A DNA stretch of 64,000 bases from assembly GCA_965203275.1 (NCBI GenBank), contig OZ241865.1:1888001-1952000 (forward strand), written 5' to 3'. The DNA is from Bdellovibrionales bacterium (GTDB lineage Bacteria; Bdellovibrionota; Bdellovibrionia; Bdellovibrionales; JAUICD01). A program made the position numbers and the translations under genes. The notes under the pieces are model-generated. The model saw only the letters and a list, made by a program, of their open reading frames with translations. It searched no databases and was not told the DNA's origin. Each line of letters starts with the position of its first letter. The stretch's first letter is position 1. Shown here in pieces: positions 10,043 to 20,630 of this stretch.

Positions 10043-11416
10043 CCTGAGTTTGACAGTTGATCTGCAGATGTGGACATCTTTTTTTTGAGAATGCTTTATT
10101 TATAGGTGTTAGAGGGATTTGCAAGCTTGAATTTTTGGGATTTTGTAAAAAATCCTAGTGGCACAAAATTCGAATGCAGTGCGTTAAAAAGTCATTTTTT
10201 TCTTGATTTTTTGTTTTTTTGTTCTAGTATATTCTTATGTTCATAAAGAAAACAAAAAACACTAGAGGACAAACTTACTATCAAATAGCTGAAAGGAAAG
10301 ATGGTAAAAGTCACCATAGAACACTTATGTCTTTAGGAAAGTCTAAAGATGATCGATTAGAAGACTTATCCGAACTGATCAGTCGTCATTTAGATATCAT
10401 CTCTGCGAATCAATTAGCTAAAAAAATTGATATAAAAAATACATTTATCTTAGGTCCTCTGCTTATTATAGATGCCATTTTTAAACAGTTAAACCTCTAT
10501 GAATTATTAGCAGATTTGAAGAAAAAACATCCTAAACTGCGATTTGATTTTGTTAAGATTATTTTCACATTGGTTATAAGTCGATTTGTAGAGCCATGTT
10601 CTAAACTGCAAGTTTTTTCACACTGGCAGAAGTTATTTTATCCGGACTTTTTAGAAAAAGAACTTCATCTTCAGGATATTTATCGTTCTTTAGATATTCT
10701 AGCAGAACATAAGGAAGATATAGACTTTATATCTAATATGAATTACAAAAAATACATAAGTCATCCTACTTCAAAAGACAAGCCTCAATTAAATGAAGAT
10801 GCAATAAAAGCATCAGAACAACAAGATGGATTTTTTGGAATTATTACAAATGCAAAAAATTTATCATCTAAAGAGCTTATATTAAATTATAAACATCTTT
10901 GGAAGGTAGAGAAAGCATTTAGAGATATAAAAGGTTTTCTCAAGACTCGTCCGATGTTTCATTGGACAGACAAGAGGATATTAGGTCACTTGGTATTATG
11001 TTTTATATCATATCTTTGTGAAGCTTATTTAAGCAAGAAGCTTTATGAAAAAGGTATTAAATGTAGAGAAGAATTAATGACAGGTCAGAATAAACAAGCA
11101 AGGCAACTGAGTGTTTCAGAAGCAATGTTAAAGTTAAAAGAAGTCAGAGCAGTGCCAGTGACATTAAAGGATAAGACCTTGTGGATGAGAACAGATATCA
11201 CAGGTCATGCAACAGATGTATTTAAAGCAGTCAAAATACCAGCAAAACCCATCAAAGCTTAAAAGTAAAAGTAGAATCATCACAATCTTAATTTTAATCT
11301 TAATAGATTGTCCAAAATTCTGCCACAAAAACAAAAACCTAGTGGCACAAAATCCTTTTCGACTCATAACCTACTGATTTTACTCAACTTTATTTTTGCA
11401 GGCTATCAAACTCAGG
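10043..11416 (+). mobile_element. IS1634-family element, internally deleted
   Basis: Terminal IR cctgagtttgacag (10043) / ctatcaaactcagg (ends 11416). Subterminal cctagtggcacaaaat occurs near both ends. Confidence 0.8.
10237..11262 (+). pseudogene. IS1634-family transposase with central deletion
   Basis: RFVEPCSKL, IYRSLD, DGFFGIITN, YKHLWKVEKAFRDIK, RPMFHW. At 341 aa it is shorter than typical family members. Confidence 0.8.
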
Positions 11417-11582
11417 ATTTGGTTATGGATAAAACTCAAAAGTCTAAAAGAAAGACAATCGAGTATCATCCATTAGGTTTAATAGAATGCTTTGTAAGAT
11501 TTCGATATTTGAGACTTCAAAGAAGGCATGGCAATCAATATAAGAGTAAAGATTGATATGTGAGACAAATATAGAATTGGTC

Positions 11583-12074
11583 TTATTCTGTAGCTCCGGC
11601 CTCTTTTAATAGTCTTTCAATATCAGTATGTCCTTTATTTCTAGCAAACCATAGAGCTGTCTTGCCTTCATTGTCTTGAAGATTGACGTCCGCTCCAGCC
11701 TCTAGCAATAACCTTACAATCTCTGTATGGCCTTCACGGCTAGCCAACATTAAGGCCGTCCAGCCTAATATGTTTTGATGATTGACGTTAGCTCTGGCCG
11801 CTAGCAATGCCCTTACAATATCTGCATTTCCTCTCTTACTAGCATGTATTAAAGCCGTAAGGTTATATGGGTCTTGATAATTGACGTCCGCACCATCTTC
11901 TAGCAATACCCTTACACTCTTTATATGGCCATAATAACTAGCAAATATTAAAGCTCTGCCTCTACCTTCCTTCATCTTGATAATTGATGTTTTAAATAAC
12001 CCTTTGTTTGACGTAAGGAATTCAGCACAAGTCTTCAATGGGTCCATAGATAGAGAATCACTAGAAACAAGCAA
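11583..12074 (-). CDS. Secreted ankyrin-repeat protein
   Basis: ANK repeats (TALxxAS..GH.EIVRLLL.AGADVN), ends AGATE. The signal-peptide ATG seen in paralogs is ATA here (~12107). Confidence 0.9.
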   Translation of the reverse strand: MLVSSDSLSMDPLKTCAEFLTSNKGLFKTSIIKMKEGRGRALIFASYYGHIKSVRVLLEDGADVNYQDPYNLTALIHASKRGNADIVRALLAARANVNHQNILGWTALMLASREGHTEIVRLLLEAGADVNLQDNEGKTALWFARNKGHTDIERLLKEAGATE

Positions 12075-12322
12075 AGCAATAAATAGGATAAATATATATT
12101 TTTTTATTTGTACCTTCCTTTTGATTTTTGGATTTTATAACAGCATATATCTAAAAAGTCAAGCCTAGGTTATAAAAAACTAAAAAATGAGAGATTTCTA
12201 AAGTCGACCTGAAAAAGTCTAACAATTACAAATGCTTAGCACTGTAACTTTTATACAGAAGCATAAGACAAAATATTATGAGCTTCATCAATAATAAAAT
12301 GAAGTGATTTAGAATTTTGTTT

Positions 12323-12559
12323 TTATTTGTCATATTTTTCTCTTTTTTCTGAAAGCTCAGTTAAAAGTTTTTCAATATTACCAAGCAGTGAAATAGACGG
12401 GGTTGATAGACCAGCACCTATAAGAAAGTTGATATGACAATCTTGAAATATATCTTTTAAATTGTTTGAATTTGACATAAGTTTGCTATTTTCCATTTTG
12501 CAATCTCTAATATGTAAATTTAAAATCCATATTTTATAGGCTTTGTCTTTTTTTACCAA
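12323..12559 (-). pseudogene. N-terminal fragment of a SIR2-like protein
   Basis: HINFLIGAGLS resembles the SIR2 GAGxS loop. The ORF ends soon after. Confidence 0.55.
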
Positions 12560-12701
12560 TATTTTTATTTAGAAATCTCATGCATCGTAGAGGAGCGTCA
12601 TAATAATGAAGTCAAAGAATAATTAAGATTAAAAAGAGTAAAGAGTGTTTAGAACAGTGCTGACCTTATAAGATTTTGTGCGTGCCATTATGAAGTGGGT
12701 T

Positions 12702-12965
12702 TTATTTTTCTTGTTGGTTTTTAGCTAACATCTCAAATAATCGATCAAGTCTTTGGTTAGTTTGATCGAGTCTTTGGTTAGTTCGATCAATCTTTTCTCC
12801 AAGTTCTCTTATTTGAGTAGGGATATGGTTATTTACTTGATTTTCAATATGATCTAGCCGATTATAGATAGGGCTAACTAAAAATTGAAGTATAACGATC
12901 AAACTAGCAAGACCACCTAAAACACCTATTATTAAACCTATATTCTTTTGAAAAAAATCTTTCAT
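12702..12965 (-). CDS. Membrane-anchored coiled-coil protein, family A
   Basis: N-terminal TM helix, NNHIPTQI, DQTNQRL repeats. Confidence 0.85.
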   Translation of the reverse strand: MKDFFQKNIGLIIGVLGGLASLIVILQFLVSPIYNRLDHIENQVNNHIPTQIRELGEKIDRTNQRLDQTNQRLDRLFEMLAKNQQEK

Positions 12966-13140
12966 AATTTACCTCTTTTCTCTTACTATACCACTAAAAG
13001 ACAAGAAAGAAAACAAAAATCCTTTTGATGCACAATATTATATTATTGTTTTGAAACACTTAGAAATAGCAAATTATTCTATATTTTGATTAAATTGAAA
13101 TAATTAAAGTCACAAAATCAAAATACAATAACCAATAAAT

Positions 13141-13213
13141 CCTGAGTTTGACAGTTGATCTGCGGATGTGGACATCTTTTTTTTGAGAATGCTTTATTTA
13201 TAGGTATTAGAGG
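13141..13213 (+). mobile_element. Solo IS1634-type left end
   Basis: Near-identical to 10043-10115. Confidence 0.85.
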
Positions 13214-13620
13214 ATTAAAAATGAATGACAAACAACTCTCAATATAACCCGCGGAGGTTATAATTGAAACTTTAATATAAGCAATTTTTATCAATTTTAG
13301 TGGGCTTGACATCGTTATCTGGCCCCTGGCAGGCCCCCACTATAAGATATGCTTATTTAAAAAACTTAAGCCGACTTATCATTGTCAAAACGCTCATTTA
13401 AATGCTTTTTCAAGTTCGTTAAGACCACGTTTTAAAGTGTGACCATCCACAAAACAAAACCTTAAAAATATTATGGGATGATGGGTTTTGTGATCTAAGG
13501 ATACAAAGATAGAGAAAGCTAACAACATGTGTCACAACATCACTCTAAGATTTTAAAAGCGTTTGCATAATAAAGAAAAGTGTAAGAGACTTTCTTATCA
13601 ATATAGGAGGGAAAAAAAGA

Positions 13621-13956
13621 ATGTTAGAGTTTATAAAAAAATATAGTTCTTTGATAGCAATTGCTCTTTCTATAGTAGCCATCTGCCTTGCCATTTATGC
13701 TATTTCAATTAACAAAGAATATTTTAAAGTTACCCATCAAGATCATAGTCAAATAATTCAAAAAATTGACAATTTTGAGGCTATTCGTCAAGAGCATGGT
13801 CAGCTACTTCAAAAAACTGACAATATTGAGGATAGACATTTTGATAAGGAGTTTTGTAGGCTTTTAGAAACAGAAAATTCCATACTTCATGATCGGTTAG
13901 AAAAATCCAATGAAAACTATGATGTTCTTTTAGATGATTATTTAAGATTTCTTTAA
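13621..13956 (+). CDS. Hypothetical membrane-anchored protein
   Basis: aggagg RBS, N-terminal TM helix. Confidence 0.65.
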   Translation: MLEFIKKYSSLIAIALSIVAICLAIYAISINKEYFKVTHQDHSQIIQKIDNFEAIRQEHGQLLQKTDNIEDRHFDKEFCRLLETENSILHDRLEKSNENYDVLLDDYLRFL

Positions 13957-13965
13957 TTAAAAAAC

Positions 13966-14688
13966 TCAATGTATATTATGACGATCAGCAAGCCTCTTGA
14001 TTGATGTTCGATGCCATATTCCACGAACACGTGTTTCAAATCCTAGCCTGTTAAATTCACAAGCTATATTTTCCCATGAAAATTTATTATTCCTTAATGT
14101 CTTTAAAGCCTCAACATGCTTTTGATCGGCTTGGCTTATCTTTGTGGGTTTATCCACTTTAGGGATTGCTTTAACTTTTTGAGGCTTTACCTTGTTATCT
14201 TTATCCTTTTTTTGTTTGTCTCGGTATTTCTCAAGACCAGCTTTAACCTTAGGATTATTTGCTCCAAGCTCCACTCCACGACCTTTTAACTCTGCCAAAG
14301 CCCGCTTTGTCCTCTTAGATATGGTCTCTCTTTCATATTGAACAATCGCTCCTAGCAAGTGTATTGTCAGTGGTGTTGCATCCGGCATATCACAACATAC
14401 AAAATCTATCTTAGATTTGGATAGGGACGTTATAAAATGCAAATCCCGACTTAATCGACTTAATGTAGCCACGATCAAAGTAGCCTTGTGTTGTTTGCAA
14501 TATTCCAAAGCCAATTGCAATTGTGGTCGATTCTTATCAGACTTGCCACTTTCCTTTTCTGTGAATGACTTGACGGGAGGCCATTTATCCTTAAGATAGG
14601 CTTTAACCATTGTCTCTTGAGTTTGTAAGCCAATAGTTTGCCTTGATGTTGATACTCTATAATAAGCTACATATTGTTTGATATTCAA
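13966..14688 (-). CDS. Serine recombinase (resolvase/invertase family)
   Basis: YYRVSTSRQ catalytic motif, EKESGK, RPQL, LSRLSRD, ERETISKRTK, C-terminal DNA-binding-like region. Confidence 0.93.
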   Translation of the reverse strand: MNIKQYVAYYRVSTSRQTIGLQTQETMVKAYLKDKWPPVKSFTEKESGKSDKNRPQLQLALEYCKQHKATLIVATLSRLSRDLHFITSLSKSKIDFVCCDMPDATPLTIHLLGAIVQYERETISKRTKRALAELKGRGVELGANNPKVKAGLEKYRDKQKKDKDNKVKPQKVKAIPKVDKPTKISQADQKHVEALKTLRNNKFSWENIACEFNRLGFETRVRGIWHRTSIKRLADRHNIH

Positions 14689-14732
14689 GCTGTGTCTCCC
14701 ACTCTAGTTTACTTTAAAGTGCAACACAGCTT
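14687..14732. promoter_or_regulatory. Inverted repeat over the recombinase start and RBS (candidate res site or operator)
   Basis: aagctgtgt...acacagctt. Copies at 23986-24033 and 27133-27180. Confidence 0.55.
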
Positions 14733-14772
14733 TAAGAAAGTCAAAAGGATATATGACTTTATAGAATTGGTA

Positions 14773-15276
14773 TTATTCTGTAGCTCCGGCCTCTCTTAAT
14801 AGTCTTACAATATCGGTATAATCTCTATAATCTCTGCCTAAACTAACCCTCGATCTAGCCATTGATAAAGCTGTCTGGCCAGAGTTGTTTTGAATGTCGG
14901 CCACGGCCCCGGCCTCTAGCAATAGCTTTACAACCTCAATATGTCCATTATGACTAGCATACATTAAAGCCGTATTGCCTTTTTTGCTTTGATGATTGAC
15001 GTCCGCTCCGGCCTCTAGCAATAGCTTTACAACCTCTATCTCTCCACTAGCACTGGCATATATTAAAGTCTTATTGACATCTATTAAAGTCTTATTGACA
15101 TAATTATCTTGAAGGTTGACGTTTGTCCCGTCTTGAGCAAATAAGGGTTTAGTAGAAAAACATAAACATACTATTGCTATTTTTAAAAATTTTATCACCA
15201 TAATAATCTCCTTTATCATAATTGGTTTATTTAATAGACTTAAACGAAGTATAAACCCTATTAAATAAAAAGTCAA
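14773..15276 (-). CDS. Secreted ankyrin-repeat protein (true start probably ~15200, MVIKFLK)
   Basis: Signal peptide, ANK repeats, ends AGATE. Confidence 0.9.
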   Translation of the reverse strand: MTFYLIGFILRLSLLNKPIMIKEIIMVIKFLKIAIVCLCFSTKPLFAQDGTNVNLQDNYVNKTLIDVNKTLIYASASGEIEVVKLLLEAGADVNHQSKKGNTALMYASHNGHIEVVKLLLEAGAVADIQNNSGQTALSMARSRVSLGRDYRDYTDIVRLLREAGATE

Positions 15277-15368
15277 GTCTAATATAGATTATAAAAAACT
15301 ATGGAAATATAGGGCTTTAGAAAATTAAGCCGGTCTTTTGATTTACTTAAGGATAAATAGCATTGGTA

Positions 15369-16011
15369 TTATTCTGTAGCTCCGGCTTCTCTTAATAGTT
15401 TTTCAATCTCTGTAAAGTCTTTATAAATAGCATACATTAAAGCCGTCCAGCCTTCCTCATAGGTTTAATTGACGTTTGGCTCCGGCCGCTAGCAATAACC
15501 TTAAAATTTCTATATGGCCTTCATAACTAGCCAACATAAAAGCCGTCCAGGTATACTTGTATTGAATATCGACGTTAGCTCCATTTTCTAGCAATAACCT
15601 TACAATCTCAACATAACCTCCATAGCTAGCATGCATTAAAGCCGTCCATATATTAGTATTCCAGACATCCTTATTGTCTTGATTGACGTTAGCTCCGGCC
15701 GCTAGCAATAATCTTACAATCTCAATATAACCTTTAGAGCTTGCATGCATTAAAGCCGTCCAGCCATTAAGGTCTTGATGATTGACATCAGCACCGGCCG
15801 CTAGCGATGACTTTACAATCTCTATATCTCCACTAGAACTAGCATCTATTAAAGTCTTATTGCCATAATTATCTTGAAGATTGACGTTTGTCTCGTCTTG
15901 AGCAAATAAGGGTTTAGTAGAAAAACATAAACATACTATTGCTATTTTTAAAAAATTATTCACAATAATAATCTCCTTTATCATAATTGGTTTAATTAAT
16001 AGACTTAGCAA
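15369..16011 (-). pseudogene. Ankyrin-repeat gene with a frameshift/stop near the 3' end
   Basis: ORF stops at 15457. The final repeat and ...EAGATE* continue in another frame to 15369. Confidence 0.8.
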
Positions 16012-16175
16012 AGTATAAACCCTATTAAATAAAAAGTCAAGTCTAATATAGATTATAAAAAACTATGGAAATATAGGACTTTAGAAAATTTAAGCCGGGC
16101 TTTAGCCAGACTTAATGATTTATTTGATAAAAGATAAAAAAAGATTCTCACTTTGAGACAAATATAGAATTGATC

Positions 16176-16964
16176 TTATTCTGTAGCTCCGGCCGCTAGC
16201 AATAGTCTTACAATCTCTGTATGTCTTGCAGTTCTAGCCATAGATAAAGCTGTCTCTCCAAAGTTTCTTTCAATATTGACGTCCGCACCGGCCGCTAGCA
16301 ATGCCCTTACAACCTCAATATGGCCATTCGCACTAGCCAACATTAAAGCTGTATAGCCATTATAAATTTTAAGATTGACGTTAGCTCTAAACTCTAGCAA
16401 TGCCCTTACAATCTCAATATGGCCATTCTTACTAGCCAAAATTAAAGCTGTATAGCCATTATACATTTGATGATTGACGTCCGCTCCGGCCGCTAGCAAT
16501 GCCCTTATAAACTCAATATGGCCATTCTCAACAGCCAATATTAAAGCTGTATAGCCATTATAAACTTCTTGAAGATTAACGTTAGCTCTAAACTCTAGCA
16601 ATAACCTTCCAACCTCAATATGGCCATTCTCAACAGCCAATATTAAAGCTGTCTGACCTTTGTTAGGGTGATCTACTTTTTGAGCATTGACGTCCGCACC
16701 GGCCACTAGCAATGCCCTTACAATCTCAATATGGCCATTCGCACTAGCCAACATTAAAGCTGTATAGCCATTATAAGCTTGAAGATTGACGTCCGCACCG
16801 CCCTCTAGCAATAACCTTACAAATTTAAGACGACCGCGTTTAACTTCCTCTAGTAATTTATTACTAATATCCACTTGATTTGGCATAAGGCTTTTGGCAC
16901 AAGCCCATAGAGAATCACTAGAAACAAGCAAAGCAATAAACAGGATAAAAATATATTTTTTCAT
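16176..16964 (-). CDS. Secreted ankyrin-repeat protein (about 6 repeats)
   Basis: MKKYIFILFIALL signal peptide, repeated NGYTAL.LAS.NGHIE, ends AGATE. Confidence 0.93.
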   Translation of the reverse strand: MKKYIFILFIALLVSSDSLWACAKSLMPNQVDISNKLLEEVKRGRLKFVRLLLEGGADVNLQAYNGYTALMLASANGHIEIVRALLVAGADVNAQKVDHPNKGQTALILAVENGHIEVGRLLLEFRANVNLQEVYNGYTALILAVENGHIEFIRALLAAGADVNHQMYNGYTALILASKNGHIEIVRALLEFRANVNLKIYNGYTALMLASANGHIEVVRALLAAGADVNIERNFGETALSMARTARHTEIVRLLLAAGATE

Positions 16965-17216
16965 TTGTACCTCTAATTTTTGTTTTTGATTTTATAACAG
17001 CATATTTCTGAAAAGTCAAGCCTAGGTTATAAAAAACTAAAAAATGAGAAATTTCTAAAGTCGACCTAAAAAAGTCCAACAATTACAAACACTTAGCAAT
17101 GTAACTTTTATACAAAAGTCACAATATTAAGTGACTGAAATCACTGGAATTCCAATTTTTAAACCTAATTCCTCTCATTTTTTAGAAAAATATACAGAGA
17201 AACAAATACCTTGTTT

Positions 17217-17356
17217 CCTTAACATGGTGTTAAGAGACGAAGAGATCCTTTCTACTAAAAGTAAACGGACTTTTGAGATAGCCAGCCTTTGATCGACGGC
17301 GTGAGCCGTCGGGCTGGCTATCCAAAAGTAGCCAGAGGCTAGTTTACTTTTAGTGA
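17217..17356 (+). repeat. Structured 3WJ element
   Basis: gatagccagcc/ggctggctatc, cgacggc-gtga-gccgtcg, tagcc-aga-ggcta. Confidence 0.9.
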
Positions 17357-17606
17357 AACAAACTAGCTGAAATCACTGGATTTCTAATTTTCAAATACCT
17401 TTTTCCCCATCTTTTAGAAAAAATACAGAAATTACGAATATTTTATCCGGGATCTGGGATCCGGCAGTCGGGCAACCCGGCATCAAAAAGAAATTTTTCC
17501 TTAACATCGTGTTTATCCGGGATCAGAGTATTGGTTGTAATGAATTTTTGCATCTAAAAAATTTCCTCCCAAGCCCTGGCGGGTTTTCAGAAAGGAGGAA
17601 ATTTTT

Positions 17607-17912
17607 ATGACGATGCAAAAATTCAAAACTTATCAATTAGCTACTGAATTTTATTGTAATTCTAAAAAATTACATCTGAAAGAACCTCATAGAAGTCAAT
17701 TTCGAAGGGCTGTTTCAAGTATCGTGCTTAACTTAGCTGAAGGGTCCGCTAAACCTACAGCAAAAGATCGTAGGAAATTTTACTATATTAGCCTTGGCTC
17801 TCTAAGAGAGGTTCAGGCAATATTGGATCTAGAATTTGTTGGTTGTATGGAATTAGCAAAACAAGCGGATAAATTAGGAGCTTATTTATACAAATTATGT
17901 AAAAATACTTGA
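17607..17912 (+). CDS. Four-helix-bundle protein (23S rRNA intervening-sequence protein / Avd-like family)
   Basis: QFRRAVSSIVLNLAEG...RRKFYYISLGSLREV signature, aaggagg RBS. Confidence 0.9.
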   Translation: MTMQKFKTYQLATEFYCNSKKLHLKEPHRSQFRRAVSSIVLNLAEGSAKPTAKDRRKFYYISLGSLREVQAILDLEFVGCMELAKQADKLGAYLYKLCKNT

Positions 17913-17989
17913 AGTCAAATTTGACTTTTCCCGGGATCTGGGATCGGGCAACCCGGCAGACAGGCAAGAATGAAGCGAATATCTTGTTT

Positions 17990-18126
17990 CCTTAACATGG
18001 AGTTAAGAGACGATGAGATCCTTCCTACTAAAAGTAAACGGACTTTTGAGACATTGCTCTTTTTAGACAGCGATAGCTGTCAGAGCAATGCCCAAAAGCA
18101 ACCAGAGGTTGGTTTACTTTTAGTGA
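17990..18126 (+). repeat. Structured 3WJ element
   Basis: Same variant as the 3085-3653 units. Confidence 0.9.
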
Positions 18127-18521
18127 AATTGTTTCAGGGGTTGCAAGGAGTGAATAATCAAGATATAATATTATCAGCAGTTCAATATCATTTATCTTGT
18201 AGAAATCCAAAGATAGATTTGGGGTTTTTCAATAGATGTTTGAAATTAGCTTCAGATAAGGATAGTAAATTAGTCAAAGTAGAAGGAGGTAAGATGGGTG
18301 CATATATACCAATGGTTAAAAGAGGTTTATTAGAAGGTTTAGCAAAAGGTCGGCAGGAAGGTATCGCTGAGGGTCGGCAAGAAGGTATGGAAAAGGGTAT
18401 GGAAAAGGGTATGGAATTAGTTGCACACAATATGTTAAAAGAGAATATGAATATTGCTTTAATCTCTCAGGTGACAGGTTTATCTCAAGATCATATTTTA
18501 AAGCTAAAAAGTAAAACCTGA
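18127..18521 (+). pseudogene. C-terminal remnant of an Rpn/YhgA-like gene with an intact internal small ORF (18294-18521)
   Basis: GRQEG/GMEKG repeats, VAHNMLKENMNIALISQVTGLS, aaggaggt RBS before ATG 18294. Confidence 0.75.
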
Positions 18522-18594
18522 GTTTGACAGCCTGAAAAAATAAAGTTGTGGGATTTCAATAGGTTATAAGCGTAATAAGATTTTGTGCCACTAG
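18517..18594 (-). mobile_element. Solo IS1634-type right end
   Basis: Similar to the reverse complement of 11338-11416. Another copy at 19074-19152. Confidence 0.75.
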
Positions 18595-18742
18595 GATGTG
18601 AGCTTTTTTTATTGTAAGCTTTTTAATTTAGGGGAAATTATTAATTTATTCATCTGAAATTTCATTTTTCCCCTTATTTTTAGGCTTTTATATTTTACAT
18701 TATTTTTTATCATTGTGAGAGAATAAGCTAAAAAAGTGGGTT

Positions 18743-19039
18743 TTATTTTTCTTGTTGATTTTTAGCTAACATCTCAAATAATCGATCAAGTCTTTGGTTA
18801 GTTTGATCAATCTTTTGTCCAAGTCTTTGGTTCATTTGATCAAGTCTTTGGTTGGTCTGATCAATCTTTTGTTCAAGTCTTCTTATTTGAGTAGGGATAT
18901 GGTTATTTACTTGAGTTTCAATATGGTCTAGCCGGTTATAGATAGGGCTAACTAAAAATTGAAGTATAACGATCAAGCTAGCAAGACCACCTAAAACACC
19001 TATTATTAAACCTACATTCTTTTGAAAAAAGTCTTTCAT
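18743..19039 (-). CDS. Membrane-anchored coiled-coil protein, family A
   Basis: Paralog of 12702-12965, 11 aa longer. Confidence 0.85.
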   Translation of the reverse strand: MKDFFQKNVGLIIGVLGGLASLIVILQFLVSPIYNRLDHIETQVNNHIPTQIRRLEQKIDQTNQRLDQMNQRLGQKIDQTNQRLDRLFEMLAKNQQEK

Positions 19040-19165
19040 AATTTACCTCTTTTCTTTTACTACACCATTAAACCCTGAGTTTGACAGCCTGCAAAAATAA
19101 AGCTTAGTAAATTCAGTAGGTTATGGGCTTAATAAGATTTTGTATATGCCACTATGAAGTGGGTT

Positions 19166-19528
19166 TTATTTTTCTTGTTGGTTTTTAGCTAACATCTCAA
19201 ATAATCGATCAAGCCTCTGGTTGGTCTGATCAAGTCTTTGGTTGGTTTGATCAATTTTTTCTCCAAATCCTTGGTTGATCTGATCAATCTTTTGTCCAAG
19301 TCTTTGGTTGGTCTGATCAATCTTTTCTCCAAGTCTTTGATTGGTCTGATCAATCTTTTGTTCAAGTCTTCTTATTTGAGTAGGGATATGGTTATTTACT
19401 TGATTTTCAATATGGTTTAGCCGGTTATAGATAGGGCTAACTAAAAATTGAAGTATAACGATTAAGCTAGCAAGACCACCTAAAACACCTATTATTAAAC
19501 CTATATTCTTTTGAAAAAAGTCTTTCAT
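19166..19528 (-). CDS. Membrane-anchored coiled-coil protein, family A
   Basis: Paralog with extra KIDQTNQRLGE units. Confidence 0.85.
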   Translation of the reverse strand: MKDFFQKNIGLIIGVLGGLASLIVILQFLVSPIYNRLNHIENQVNNHIPTQIRRLEQKIDQTNQRLGEKIDQTNQRLGQKIDQINQGFGEKIDQTNQRLDQTNQRLDRLFEMLAKNQQEK

Positions 19529-19668
19529 AATCTACCTCTTTTCTTTTACTATACCATTAAAAGACAAGAAAGAAAACAAAAATCCTTTTGATGCACAGTA
19601 TTATATTATTGTTTTGAAACACTTAGAAATAGCAAATTATTCTATATTTTGACTAAATTTGAAGTCTT

Positions 19669-20070
19669 TTATTTATTTTGAACTGGATATCGACTGGCTA
19701 GCACTTCTATTTCTATCTTAGCACCTTGAGGTAATTTAGCAACTTGTACACAAGACCTGACGGGCCAAAGAGGAGCAGAAAAATACTCTGCATAAATTTT
19801 GTTCATTGTTTCAGCATCTTCTATAGATGTTAAAAATACAGTTGTTTTAATAATATTTTGAAAGTCTAAGCCCGCAGATATAAGAACTGCTCTGATATTT
19901 TCCATCACTTGTTTAGTTTGTCCTTTAATATCTTTAGCTGTGATGGCCTTTGTTTTAGGGTCTATAGGTATTTGCCCTGAACAGAACACCAAACCATCAC
20001 ACTCTATAGATTGACTATAAGGACCAATAGGTGAAGGAGCATCTGAAGTTTCAAATATTTTAATAGACAT
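19669..20070 (-). CDS. ridA: RidA/YjgF family deaminase
   Basis: APSPIGPYSQ, SGQIPIDP, RSCVQVAKLP..AKIEIE. Confidence 0.93.
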   Translation of the reverse strand: MSIKIFETSDAPSPIGPYSQSIECDGLVFCSGQIPIDPKTKAITAKDIKGQTKQVMENIRAVLISAGLDFQNIIKTTVFLTSIEDAETMNKIYAEYFSAPLWPVRSCVQVAKLPQGAKIEIEVLASRYPVQNK

Positions 20071-20084
20071 GTAAATCCTCTTAT

Positions 20085-20630
20085 TTATATTCCACTTTTG
20101 ATACGATCTTTATCATCTAAAACACTTTGAATCCCGCCTTTTAAAGATGGGCGATAAGCTAACTCCTCAATGCCATTGATAAAACTTGAACCATTCACAC
20201 CAGGGCTTTGCCACTCAGGCCCCATTCTTACAGCATCTACAGGACACGCTTCTTCACAAAAACCACAAAAGACACACCGAAGCATGTCAATTTCATAATT
20301 AATAGGATATTTTTCTACAGAAGGGTCTTCATGTTGTGAAGCTACAATAGTAATGCAATCTGCTGGACAGTTTGTTGCACATAACATACAAGCTGTGCAA
20401 CGTAAAGAGCCATCTTTTTTCACTGTGAGAACATGATTACCCTTAAACCGAGGGCCGTATGTGTATTTTTCCTCAGGATAATTTACAGTGAGCATATCTT
20501 CATTACGTTTGAAAATATTTTGAATCATTTTGGAAAAAGTCAAAGCCATCCCCTTGAGAATACCGGGGAGATACCAACTTTTTTTAAGATTTGAACCTTT
20601 GAGTGTGATATGAAATGTTTTATTTTTCAT
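20085..20630 (-). CDS. nuoI: NADH-quinone oxidoreductase subunit I
   Basis: TVNYPEEK, two CxxCxxCxxxCP ferredoxin motifs. Confidence 0.92.
   Translation of the reverse strand: MKNKTFHITLKGSNLKKSWYLPGILKGMALTFSKMIQNIFKRNEDMLTVNYPEEKYTYGPRFKGNHVLTVKKDGSLRCTACMLCATNCPADCITIVASQHEDPSVEKYPINYEIDMLRCVFCGFCEEACPVDAVRMGPEWQSPGVNGSSFINGIEELAYRPSLKGGIQSVLDDKDRIKSGI

Noticed and set aside
10037..11422. Target-site duplication around IS1634
   Set aside because: The flanks (tttgta / atttgg) do not match, so no TSD is claimed.
17607..17912. Diversity-generating retroelement
   Set aside because: Avd-like fold only. No reverse transcriptase and no TR/VR pair with adenine-specific mismatches were seen in the window.
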